DNA of 64,000 bases, from assembly GCA_038042445.1 (NCBI GenBank), contig JBBTED010000021.1, positions 76,024-140,023 of the forward strand, written 5' to 3'. Position 1 is the first letter of the stretch, and each line of letters starts with the position of its first letter. Origin of the DNA: Candidatus Firestoneibacteriota bacterium (GTDB lineage Bacteria; Oederibacteriota; D2-FULL-39-29; JBBTED01). Both the position numbers and the translations under genes were made by a program. This document shows, piece after piece, positions 49,048-58,342 of the stretch. Below the pieces are notes generated by a model, which saw only the letters and a list, made by a program, of their open reading frames with translations, was not told the DNA's origin and searched no databases.

Positions 49048-50243
49048 AATTTCACCATAGACAGAACTGCCTTTGCAGCTTTTTGCGCTGCACCAACACT
49101 ACCTAACATTAATTTAACTCCTGCAAGTTCCTGTTTGATTTCTGCAATTTTTTTATCATTGTTAAAGATTTTTATTGTTTCTTCTGCTAATCTTTCCGCA
49201 GTAACATTACTTTGTAATAATTCCGTAACAATTTCTTTTTTAGCAAGTATATTCGGCAAACCTATATATTTAATTCTAACAAGCAAACGCGCAATTATAT
49301 ACGTTAATATAGATGTCTTATAAACTATAATCATTGGCGTATTTAAACAAGTTGCTTCCAAAGTAACAGTTCCTGAAGCAACTAATGCAAGAGTTGAAAT
49401 ATTCAAAATATCATAATTTTTATCTTCAACAATATCTATCAGATTTTCACAACCCTGTTGAATTAAAATATCCTGCACTTGCTTTTTAGAAATAGAAGGC
49501 GCCAGTGCCAGCAAAAACCTCATATTACTTTTTAGTTTTTCGTTTTGAGATCCTTCGCTATCGCTCAGAGCTTGCCCTGAATTTATTTCAGGGATGACCC
49601 TTTGGGTCATTTTACATGCCTTTGCCATTACAGGAAGAAGTCTTTTTATTTCCTGCTCACGACTTCCGGGAAACAGACTTAAAACTTTTTCGCCTGTCTT
49701 TATTCCAAAATGCAAATATGCATCATTAACTGACATACTCGGTTTAACAATATCCAAAACAGGATGCCCTACAAATTCTACAGGTATATTATAGTCTTTA
49801 TAGAGCTTCTCTTCAAATGAAAAAATAACGAGCATTTTATCAACATATTTCTGTATTTTTTTTATTCGCCCTTTACCCCACACCCATACCTGCGGACTTA
49901 TATAGTATATCACAGTAATGCCCAAACTTTTAGCATACTCAGCAATACGCAAATTAAACCCGGGATAATCAATCAAAATTACAGCATCAGGTTTTTCATC
50001 TCTCAAAATCTCTTTACACCTGTTTAATGCCTGTTTCAAAATAAAATAATTCTTAAGTATACCTGTAAACCCCATTATCGGTATTTTTGCAAGTTCAAAT
50101 CTAATATCAACCCCAGCTTCTGCCATTTCATTTCCACCATACCCTAAAAATTGAACAAACGAATTGATTTTCTTGATTTCTCTAACTAAATTTGCCCCAT
50201 GCAAATCCCCAGATAATTCCCCAGCAATAACAAAAATTTTCAT
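49044..50243 (-). CDS. lpxB: Lipid-A-disaccharide synthase
   Basis: AGELSGDLHG, IDYPGFN, SPQVWVW, FVGHP, PGSR, SGTVTLE, LPNILA; contains a repeat-derived insert. Confidence 0.96.
   Translation of the reverse strand: MKIFVIAGELSGDLHGANLVREIKKINSFVQFLGYGGNEMAEAGVDIRFELAKIPIMGFTGILKNYFILKQALNRCKEILRDEKPDAVILIDYPGFNLRIAEYAKSLGITVIYYISPQVWVWGKGRIKKIQKYVDKMLVIFSFEEKLYKDYNIPVEFVGHPVLDIVKPSMSVNDAYLHFGIKTGEKVLSLFPGSREQEIKRLLPVMAKACKMTQRVIPEINSGQALSDSEGSQNEKLKSNMRFLLALAPSISKKQVQDILIQQGCENLIDIVEDKNYDILNISTLALVASGTVTLEATCLNTPMIIVYKTSILTYIIARLLVRIKYIGLPNILAKKEIVTELLQSNVTAERLAEETIKIFNNDKKIAEIKQELAGVKLMLGSVGAAQKAAKAVLSMVKL
49547..49610. repeat. Composite palindromic repeat in frame inside lpxB
   Basis: GAGATCCTTCGCTATCGCTCAG-AGCTTGCCCTGAATTTATTTCAGG-GATGAC; translated within MTQRVIPEINSGQALSDSEGSQ. 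Confidence 0.8.
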
Positions 50244-50246
50244 ACT

Positions 50247-52208
50247 CTACCCTTCCAAAATATGCTTTTTATGTTTTACTAAAGTTAATTTGTTGCCCTC
50301 ACCAGTATTAATTTCATATTTAACCTCATCCATAAGCTGATATATTATATATCTGCCTCTCCCTCTGCGTTTTAATTGTGCAAGATCATCATCATTAGGC
50401 ATTACTGATAAATCAGGAGACAATGACTCACCTGTATCTATCATAATTATCACAAATTTATCTTCATCTGACCAAACAGATATGTTGATATCATTTTCAG
50501 GAATAAAACTATACGCATGTTCTATTATATTTGCCACAGCCTCATCAGATGCAAGTGTTATATTTGAAATTGTCTCTTCATCAAATCCCTCTTTATGTGC
50601 AATATCTCCGATAAACTGACGCACAGCTCCTAAATACATAGCATTACTTTTTATTTTTAACTCCAATTTCTGCCCCAAAATATCCTTTCGTTCTTCCTGC
50701 AATATTTTCAACTTCTGATTTTTTGTTAAATCTAAACATTTAAAAGCCACAACAGTAATATCATCATTCTGAGAAGAATCGCCTGCCCACTTTTTAATTT
50801 CAGATTCAAGTTTTTCTATAATATCAGATATTTTATTTCCCCTCTCTTTTATTAACAATTCTATTAATCTATCCTGACCGAATTCTTCTTTAATTTTATT
50901 CATTGCCTCATGGACACCATCTGTATAAAAAACCAAAATATCATCGGGTTTCAGTGTAATTGTCCAATCTTTTATTGCTTTATCAAAAAGCGGCCCCCTG
51001 TCAAATCCCAATGCGAGTCCGCTTTTGCCAATTTCTTTGCATTCACCATTACTATTTAACAAAAGCACAGGATAATGACCTGCATTTGCAAAAGTAAGCG
51101 TCATCTTTGCGACATCTAATATCGCATATAACATTGTTACAAACATCCCTCTTCGGACATCATCATAAAAAATCGTGTTAGTTTTGGATAAAACTTTTGA
51201 AGGATTAACAGAATACCTGACATTAGATCTTAAAATGCTTCTTGCAGTTGCCATAACTAAAGAACCTGGAATTCCTTTACCTGCAACGTCAGCAATTACA
51301 ATTGCTATCCTATTACTATCTAAAAAAATAAAATCATAATAATCTCCCCCTACTTCTTTAGCACTTTTATATAAGGTTTTAAATTCATATCCATCTATTT
51401 GTGGACATTCTTTCGGAAGTAATGTGGTCTGGATTCCTCTTGCGATTTGTATTTCTTTACCCAGTATCTCTTTTTCAATCATATCCAATTGTGCTTTCTT
51501 TAATTTAACTATCATATCATTAAAAACATTAGATAAATCCTCTATTTCATCGCCTGATGAAATAGAAATTTTTGCATCTAAATTACCTTCCCCAATTTTT
51601 TTTACACCATTTGCCAACATCTTAAGTGGATGCATAATATAAGTAACAGCACCTAATGATACTACTATGCCTAAAATTAATACTGCACAAGTCACAGTTA
51701 TTATTAAATCCTGTATATATTCGATTGTCCAATTTATTTCCTTGTCAGAGAAACCAACTCTTGCAATTCCCAATTTTTTATTCTCCACATAAATAGGCAT
51801 TGACATATCATATATTCCTTCTTTTTCTTTTTTGAAGTATTGAACCAACAATTTATTTGAATTTTTTATATTTTCCGAAATTAAATCCGACAAAATTTTA
51901 CCCTTTTTAATACTTTGGTCAGAATGAACTATAATTTCTCCATTTTTACCGATAAGCATTGCATATATGACTGACTTGTCCTGAAGCAATTTATCAATAT
52001 GTATTGACATTAACATCTCATCACCTGTTAAAATAGCTTCTTCTGAATTTGCAGCTAAATTTATTGTTAAAGCTTCACCTTTCTTTTTTAATGCCTCAAT
52101 TAAAGGTTCTTTAATTTTGGTATTTAATATCAAAACCAATACGACAATTAAAATACACATCAATATACTTACTAATATCATAATTTTAAATTTTATTGAT
52201 AATTTCAT
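50247..52208 (-). CDS. Membrane sensor: periplasmic domain-HAMP-SpoIIE (PP2C) phosphatase-RsbW-like anti-sigma kinase fusion
   Basis: Two transmembrane helices, HAMP, VGGDYYD, ADVAGKG, YTDG, DDIT, then ASDEAVANIIEHAY...DTG...GRGRYII..LMDEV. Confidence 0.88.
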   Translation of the reverse strand: MKLSIKFKIMILVSILMCILIVVLVLILNTKIKEPLIEALKKKGEALTINLAANSEEAILTGDEMLMSIHIDKLLQDKSVIYAMLIGKNGEIIVHSDQSIKKGKILSDLISENIKNSNKLLVQYFKKEKEGIYDMSMPIYVENKKLGIARVGFSDKEINWTIEYIQDLIITVTCAVLILGIVVSLGAVTYIMHPLKMLANGVKKIGEGNLDAKISISSGDEIEDLSNVFNDMIVKLKKAQLDMIEKEILGKEIQIARGIQTTLLPKECPQIDGYEFKTLYKSAKEVGGDYYDFIFLDSNRIAIVIADVAGKGIPGSLVMATARSILRSNVRYSVNPSKVLSKTNTIFYDDVRRGMFVTMLYAILDVAKMTLTFANAGHYPVLLLNSNGECKEIGKSGLALGFDRGPLFDKAIKDWTITLKPDDILVFYTDGVHEAMNKIKEEFGQDRLIELLIKERGNKISDIIEKLESEIKKWAGDSSQNDDITVVAFKCLDLTKNQKLKILQEERKDILGQKLELKIKSNAMYLGAVRQFIGDIAHKEGFDEETISNITLASDEAVANIIEHAYSFIPENDINISVWSDEDKFVIIMIDTGESLSPDLSVMPNDDDLAQLKRRGRGRYIIYQLMDEVKYEINTGEGNKLTLVKHKKHILEG

Positions 52209-54142
52209 TTATTGTTTTCAACTCCTGCAAATATTATTTCTACACGCCTATTTTTAGCTCTGCCTTCTTCAGTATCATTACTTGCAATAGGCTTTGTATC
52301 TCCATAACCTTCTACAGTTAATTTATCTGTAGATATTCCATTTTTAACAAAATAATAATAAACATTTTTGGCTCTTTCTTTTGAGAGTTCCATATTTGAA
52401 GTAAAAGGAGAATTAGATGACACAGGAGTATTATCTGTATGGCCTTCTATCTTAACTACTGCATCCGGATATTTTTTAAATAGCCCTATTATTTTCTCTA
52501 ACATAGCAAATGCTTCCGTCTTAATATCAGCACTTCCTGAACTAAAAAGCATTTTGTCTCCAAGTGTTACACGACTTGAAATTGTTCCATCCTTTTCCTT
52601 TTGAATAGTAATAGCAGGTTCAAGTTCCGTTGATTTCGCATAAAATCTTCCAGTAGTCTGCGTCTTTCTTCCAGCCATATCAAAAACAATTGCTGTTATG
52701 AAATTTTCTCCTTCTTTTAAATTAACAGTTGCATAATAAGTCCGTTTATCTTTATTTAACACTGCTAATACATTACCGGGCTCAATAATTATTTTGTCTA
52801 TGTTGGATTTGTTATATGTTCCTCCAATAGTTTGCATACCAATATTCATTATACTATCTAACGTAGTAATAGTTATTTCAGGTTTAATAGTATCTACTGT
52901 TATTGTCTGCCTAATCTCATTTGAATTACCATCAGAATCTATTGCCTGAAATTTAAGATTGTAAACATTATTTTGGCTCTGCAACTGCGAGAAATTCCAT
53001 TGCACACAAAATTCCCCTTTAGATATTTCATTAATCTGAACCCCTTTTGATGTCCATATATCTGAAAATGTAGCAGTGCTGTATTCAAATTTAACGTCTT
53101 TTATAGAAGTTTTACCTTTTGCGAAACAAGTTATTTTCAAATCAGATGATATATCCGTAACATAACTTTTTGGTAAAATCAATTTTACTTCAGGAATAAT
53201 CTTATCATAACGTCCAATTCCATTATCTGTTCCAAGCCATATATAATTTCCATCTACTTGAAGTGCAGCAACAGAACTATCTATTAACCCATCAGAAGAA
53301 GTATACTGCTTCCAAAGTTTATTTCTGTTATCAAACATACTTATTCCAGCAAATGTTCCACACCACATATAATTTCCATCTACTATTATAGATTGCAAAA
53401 AATCATCACCAAGACCATCTTTACCTGAATACTGCTTCCATATTTTATCTATTTTATTATAAATTCGTACACCACCTCCATTTGTCCCTGCCCATATATT
53501 TCCACTTTCTATAGCCAATACTATATTCGTATACATACTGGTCGATGGCACATACAATTCCCATTTGTCTCTTATTCTATCATAAACATTCACAGCAGCA
53601 CCAACTGTTCCCACAAAAACATTGTCACCTTCAAAAACTATTGCCTTAATAACATTATGAAAAAGTCCATCTTTAGTAAAGTAATTTTTAAATGCTTTTT
53701 TTGATTTATCAAATACACTTACTCCATTATTTGTCCCCATCCATAATTCATTACCTATAAGCACCATTGTATTAATATTGTTATCCGACAAGCCATCTTT
53801 TTGTGTATAACTAAACCAAGTGTTCGTAGTTTTGTAAAAACCAGATAATCCTAAAGATGTTCCAAACCAAACAATATCTTTATCTACTATTATGCTTCTT
53901 ATATCATCTGAAACCAATCCATCTCTCATAGTAAAATTCTTAAATACCTTTTTTTCTTTTATAAAACAACTTACACCTTTAGATGTCCCAATCCATACAT
54001 TATCAGAATCCACAGCTATTGTCTTAATAGAATTATGTATTATTCCATCTTTTAATGTCCAATTTTCCCATGTTTGCGTATGAACCAGTGAAGGCATCAA
54101 CAAAACCAATAAGATAATTCCACTTCTATAAAAACTATTCAT
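52205..54142 (-). CDS. Secreted beta-propeller (two-component-regulator propeller repeats) + Ig-like + OmpA/MotB peptidoglycan-binding protein
   Basis: Repeated DGL..N.I..I..D...W.GT..G units; C-terminal IEGHTD...LSKERA...GYG...NRRVEI. Confidence 0.85.
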   Translation of the reverse strand: MNSFYRSGIILLVLLMPSLVHTQTWENWTLKDGIIHNSIKTIAVDSDNVWIGTSKGVSCFIKEKKVFKNFTMRDGLVSDDIRSIIVDKDIVWFGTSLGLSGFYKTTNTWFSYTQKDGLSDNNINTMVLIGNELWMGTNNGVSVFDKSKKAFKNYFTKDGLFHNVIKAIVFEGDNVFVGTVGAAVNVYDRIRDKWELYVPSTSMYTNIVLAIESGNIWAGTNGGGVRIYNKIDKIWKQYSGKDGLGDDFLQSIIVDGNYMWCGTFAGISMFDNRNKLWKQYTSSDGLIDSSVAALQVDGNYIWLGTDNGIGRYDKIIPEVKLILPKSYVTDISSDLKITCFAKGKTSIKDVKFEYSTATFSDIWTSKGVQINEISKGEFCVQWNFSQLQSQNNVYNLKFQAIDSDGNSNEIRQTITVDTIKPEITITTLDSIMNIGMQTIGGTYNKSNIDKIIIEPGNVLAVLNKDKRTYYATVNLKEGENFITAIVFDMAGRKTQTTGRFYAKSTELEPAITIQKEKDGTISSRVTLGDKMLFSSGSADIKTEAFAMLEKIIGLFKKYPDAVVKIEGHTDNTPVSSNSPFTSNMELSKERAKNVYYYFVKNGISTDKLTVEGYGDTKPIASNDTEEGRAKNRRVEIIFAGVENNK

Positions 54143-54157
54143 ACTTGCCCCTCCAAA

Positions 54158-55315
54158 TTACTCATTTCCCTGTAAAATCCTAATCTTGTTTTTTGCACGT
54201 TTTAAATATAAAAGTGCTTTTTCTTCTTCTGGGTTTAATTCAAGAATACGCTCCCATATATCTATAGCATCCTTTAAATTGTTCTGCCTGTAATAAAAAA
54301 TACCCTGAGCCAAATCAGCTTTAATTATATATTCCTTAATTTCAGAATTATCTGGATCATATTTTAATGCAGTTTGCCATTCATTTATTGCTTTAAGATA
54401 ATTACCTTCATTATATTCACTTATACCTTTTTGATAATATTTATTTATTTTTTCCTCATATTTATCTTTCGCTTCTTTTATATAATATTTTGCTTTTTCA
54501 TTTATAGGGTCAATATTCAATACATTTTTCCATTCATTTATAGCTTTTGCATACTGATTTTGTTCATAATATTTCATTCCTTCTTTAAAATATCCATCAA
54601 CTATCATATTGAAAAATTTTAAAGTGTCTTCATGTTTTGGATTAAGATTTAAAATTTTTCGACAGTTTTCTATTGCTAATTGCAAATTGCCAGATTTATA
54701 ACCACTCATTGCATCATTATAATAAGTCAATATTATATCTTTTGTCTGCATCTGTGATTTTAATTCCTGATTTGCAGTAGAAATCAATTTCACAAGATTA
54801 GGATAATCAGGAACTTTTGCAAGTAAAAACTGCCATTCTTCAATTGCTTTAATATAATTTCGTTTCTCATAGTAATTTGAACCAATATTATACAAGCGTA
54901 TAATCTCAGCTTTTATATTTATTATTTTATCCTGTGCATTTTTATTGTCAATATCCACTGCCAATATTGCATTCAATTCTTCTAATGCCTCTTTCCATTT
55001 ATCATCTTTATAATAATCCTCAGCAAACTTAGTATGTTTTATAATTAGTTCATTCAATTTTTCAGTTGCAATATTTATATATTTGCCGGCAAATTCATCT
55101 GTAGAATCCAGAATTAATATTTCCTTCCATTCCAATATTGCATCTTTAAATCTACCACTTTGATAATAATCCATTGCTACAGAATGCCGTCTTGAAATAC
55201 TTTCTTTTAATGAAAATAATAATGTTTTCTCTTTTCCCATAGCAACAGAAAAACTATGTATAATTAAAATAACTATACAATAGATATATACAATAAATTT
55301 TTTGTTGATTTTCAT
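54158..55315 (-). CDS. Exported TPR protein
   Basis: Signal peptide and repeated AI.EW..L..DP TPR units. Confidence 0.8.
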   Translation of the reverse strand: MKINKKFIVYIYCIVILIIHSFSVAMGKEKTLLFSLKESISRRHSVAMDYYQSGRFKDAILEWKEILILDSTDEFAGKYINIATEKLNELIIKHTKFAEDYYKDDKWKEALEELNAILAVDIDNKNAQDKIINIKAEIIRLYNIGSNYYEKRNYIKAIEEWQFLLAKVPDYPNLVKLISTANQELKSQMQTKDIILTYYNDAMSGYKSGNLQLAIENCRKILNLNPKHEDTLKFFNMIVDGYFKEGMKYYEQNQYAKAINEWKNVLNIDPINEKAKYYIKEAKDKYEEKINKYYQKGISEYNEGNYLKAINEWQTALKYDPDNSEIKEYIIKADLAQGIFYYRQNNLKDAIDIWERILELNPEEEKALLYLKRAKNKIRILQGNE

Positions 55316-55351
55316 CTTGTTTGTTTTACATCATTAAACGCATATAACAAA

Positions 55352-56029
55352 TTATAAAATATATTTATAACTTTCCGGGCCACAATTAAAAAGTAAATCT
55401 ATTGCAGACATATATGGTTCAAATCCATCATAAGCCTGCGGATACTCAGGATAGGTAAAATTCTGATATACAAGTTGTAATTTATTATTTTTTAATGCTT
55501 CTTCATCTAAGTAATCTCTCGCACCTATACCAGATAAATATGTGTCAGCATTTAGTTTCTTACATATTTTAATTATCCTATCCGTTTTTGTTCCATCTAT
55601 ATCAAGTTTTGACTCATAATAAATAGGAATATCGATTTTGAAATTCTTTAACAAATAAAATATTATTTTTAGATTTAAATCGCATAATCTATTCCAATCC
55701 CGAGAATAAACCTCTTCAAAGAAAACATTGTGTTCTGAAAAATATTTTGTTTTTGAATATGCCATACAAATACTTTTATAATGACTTTTTGCCCAACTCT
55801 CTGTATTGTCTATTTCAACCTCACTTATTTTTTGTTCAAATTTTCCCTTAGTAACAACTGGAACAGTCAACCATATTCCTCCATCTTTGGTCCTTATTTT
55901 ATTTCTATTCTGGAATTCTCTCTTTTTATACTGAACATTGTCCAAAAATACAAACATATCACTTTTGGCAATTTTGTTAAAATATCCAAGCCAAGGTAAA
56001 TATTGCGGTTGATGAACAGAAATAATCAT
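55352..56029 (-). CDS. WbqC family protein
   Basis: HQPQYLPWLGYF, QNRNKI, WLTVPV, YLSG..ARDY, SAIDLLFN. Confidence 0.92.
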   Translation of the reverse strand: MIISVHQPQYLPWLGYFNKIAKSDMFVFLDNVQYKKREFQNRNKIRTKDGGIWLTVPVVTKGKFEQKISEVEIDNTESWAKSHYKSICMAYSKTKYFSEHNVFFEEVYSRDWNRLCDLNLKIIFYLLKNFKIDIPIYYESKLDIDGTKTDRIIKICKKLNADTYLSGIGARDYLDEEALKNNKLQLVYQNFTYPEYPQAYDGFEPYMSAIDLLFNCGPESYKYIL

Positions 56030-56041
56030 AATCTTATCACT

Positions 56042-56160
56042 TGTCAGGCAAGATGCCTGACCTATTAATGTCTATAAATTCTCTCTTATGGTTTATGTTT
56101 TTAAGACAAACCATAAAATTATTCCTATAATTTAAAATAGGTCAGGCATCTTGCCTGACA
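56042..56160. repeat. Inverted pair of B3-type REPs downstream of tRNA-Gly with an inner family D hairpin
   Basis: TGTCAGGCAAGATGCCTGACCTAT (56042-56065) and its exact reverse complement (56137-56160). Confidence 0.85.
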
Positions 56161-56188
56161 GCGAGAAACTATATGCAAAAATAAAAAA

Positions 56189-56261
56189 AGCGGGAGACGG
56201 GGTTCGAACCCGCGACAATCAGCTTGGAAGGCTGACACTCTACCAACTGAGTTACTCCCGC
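56189..56261 (-). tRNA. tRNA-Gly (TCC), CCA not encoded
   Basis: GCGGGAGTAACTCAGTTGGTAGAGTGTCAGCCTTCCAAGCTGATTGTCGCGGGTTCGAACCCCGTCTCCCGCT; anticodon loop CTTCCAA. Confidence 0.96.
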
Positions 56262-56269
56262 ATACTTAA

Positions 56270-56297
56270 ATTATAGCAATTCCAAATACTTTTTCAA
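56270..56297 (-). promoter_or_regulatory. Sigma-70 promoter for tRNA-Gly overlapping the integrase stop codon
   Basis: Minus strand TTGAAA-16 nt-TATAAT with extended -10 TGn, 8 nt before the tRNA. Confidence 0.7.
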
Positions 56298-57394
56298 GCA
56301 CTAATTTTTTCTAATTCTGCAGATTTTCCATTTGTGTCATTTTTGTGACATGAAATTTCTCCAAGATGTGTTTCAAACTTCTCCATCGCCTGTCTTTTAT
56401 GCTTTGGTGCTAAATGAGAGTAGATTAGTGTTGTCTTAACATCCTTGTGTCCCATTAGTTCCTTAACTGTAAGTATATCAACTCCAGCCATTACAAGTTG
56501 CGAAGCACAAGTATGCCTTAAATCGTGAAATACAAAATCTTTTACATCTGCAGATTTCAAAGCTTTATTAAATACTTTACCCACATCACGATAAGGTTGT
56601 CCATTTGCTTTTGCAAATACATATTCATCATCATTTTTACCTTTTTCTATGTATTTAGCAAAAAACATTTGATATACCGCATTACTCATTGGGATTTCTC
56701 TTATTTCATCATTTTTTGTCTTATCCAAAATTATAAGCTTATTGGATAAATCAACATTGCCCCATTTTAACCCCAAAATTTCACCTTTTCGCATTCCTGT
56801 ATGTAATGCTGTTAATACAATTTCTCTCAAATAACCACTACACCAACTTAACAAGCAATTGATTTCTTCTAAACTCAAATACCTAATTCTACCTCTTGGC
56901 TGTTTGTAAAACTCTATACCTTTGACAGGATTAGTTTTAGTTAAACCCCATTGAATTGCAAGGTTAAAAGCTCTTTTTAAAACTCTCATAGCCCTATTAG
57001 CATAACTGATTGAAATCTCTTCTTTTTTCATCTTTTGATATTGCTCAATCATAGTTGAGGTAATTTCAGAAATATATTTTTGTCCAAAGAATTCAATCAT
57101 AGGCTTCATCATTGGCACATACACTTTTTTATAACACCTTTTCCTATCTTTTGCATATTCTAAAACCTTTGTTGCTAATTCTGAAAAAAGAATTTTTATA
57201 GTTCTTTTTATCTCAAAATAACCTTTCTCATAGGCTTCAGTTTGCATTTTCATTAACCTTTGCTGTGCCAATTTCAAATTCTTTGTTTTAAGAGCTTCTC
57301 TAATTCTCCTGCCAGAAGAATCAATAAAATCACAATAGAACCAACCATTTCTTATATCAAGGTTAGGCATTTTTGCCCCAGCATCTTTATTCAT
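56294..57394 (-). CDS. Tyrosine recombinase/phage integrase
   Basis: TGMRKGE (R), KTKN (K), HDLRH, MGH and IYSH (Y) catalytic residues; N-terminal arm-binding-like region. Confidence 0.95.
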   Translation of the reverse strand: MNKDAGAKMPNLDIRNGWFYCDFIDSSGRRIREALKTKNLKLAQQRLMKMQTEAYEKGYFEIKRTIKILFSELATKVLEYAKDRKRCYKKVYVPMMKPMIEFFGQKYISEITSTMIEQYQKMKKEEISISYANRAMRVLKRAFNLAIQWGLTKTNPVKGIEFYKQPRGRIRYLSLEEINCLLSWCSGYLREIVLTALHTGMRKGEILGLKWGNVDLSNKLIILDKTKNDEIREIPMSNAVYQMFFAKYIEKGKNDDEYVFAKANGQPYRDVGKVFNKALKSADVKDFVFHDLRHTCASQLVMAGVDILTVKELMGHKDVKTTLIYSHLAPKHKRQAMEKFETHLGEISCHKNDTNGKSAELEKISA

Positions 57395-57468
57395 TTTCCT
57401 CACCACCTTTTTGATGCTGTTCCCTTGTCTCCCAACAGAAAACATTATACAGCTCTATAAAACTATAA

Positions 57469-57672
57469 TCAATTATTTTGTAATAAATCTGCATTTATAT
57501 TTTCTCTCTCAAAATTATTCATCCACTCATCAATTTTAACTTTATCAAATCTAAGCAAATTGCTTATTTTGCAAACAGGAATTTTCCCTTCTCTACTCCA
57601 CCTGTATAAAGTATTTTCACTTAACCCAGTATACCCTGCAACCTCTGTTAATTTTAAATATCTCTTTTCCAT
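57469..57672 (-). CDS. Excisionase-like HTH DNA-binding protein
   Basis: YLKLTEVAGYTGLSENTLYRW...GKIP..KI...LRF; adjacent to the integrase. Confidence 0.88.
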   Translation of the reverse strand: MEKRYLKLTEVAGYTGLSENTLYRWSREGKIPVCKISNLLRFDKVKIDEWMNNFERENINADLLQNN

Positions 57673-57757
57673 TTTTTACCTAACTTAACTTCCTCTATGT
57701 AAATTATCTATACCTCTATCCAGAAAATGCAAATTTCAGCAAAAAAACCCAACTCAG

Positions 57758-58114
57758 CTACCCTTTTTCAAAATTAGAATTGACATCACTAACCCCATCT
57801 CTACCAATTCCTTTTCTATTTGGATTATGTCCAAATCTAAAGTGGTATAAGCAACAAGTAGTAACACTTGGGCATAAATTCACTTCCTGCCTTTGACCAT
57901 TCATACAATACAAACAGTGTTCCTTAATGGCTTCCAATGATGTCCGTTTCCTTTTAACAGGACGTAACCCAAATTTATATTCCAGAAGCGAACATTCCCA
58001 ATAGGGTGATCCTTTGTAGTGATTAGTAATCATTGGGTCACAATCTATATTCCGTCCTTCTCCACAAGTTTTACAGAACAAATTTATTGCCATAATCGGT
58101 GTTAATTTTCTCAT
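57758..58114 (-). CDS. Cysteine-rich hypothetical protein with an internally duplicated motif
   Basis: TPIMAINLFCKTC...CSLLEYKFG and TSLEAIKEHCLYC...CCLYHFRFG. Confidence 0.65.
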   Translation of the reverse strand: MRKLTPIMAINLFCKTCGEGRNIDCDPMITNHYKGSPYWECSLLEYKFGLRPVKRKRTSLEAIKEHCLYCMNGQRQEVNLCPSVTTCCLYHFRFGHNPNRKGIGRDGVSDVNSNFEKG

Positions 58115-58132
58115 TGTTATTCCTCAAAGTCA

Positions 58133-58213
58133 GTATGCTTTAAACATACAAGGTGTATGTTTTTTTCATACAGTGAAGCCTTTGAACAATCTCTCTGTAT
58201 GTTAAAACCATAC
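58133..58213. promoter_or_regulatory. Three palindromic GTATG-N7-CATAC boxes (iteron/operator-like)
   Basis: Boxes at 58133-58149, 58155-58171 and 58197-58213. Confidence 0.75.
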
Positions 58214-58342
58214 ACTGTTTAAGTCCTGAATTTAACTTTTCCACTTATAGTATCAGCAGTTTTAAAATATATGCCTCAAATATCTTAATTAAACTTACTG
58301 TTGGTTTAAAACCTAAACCCATATAATTATATATAACCATAT

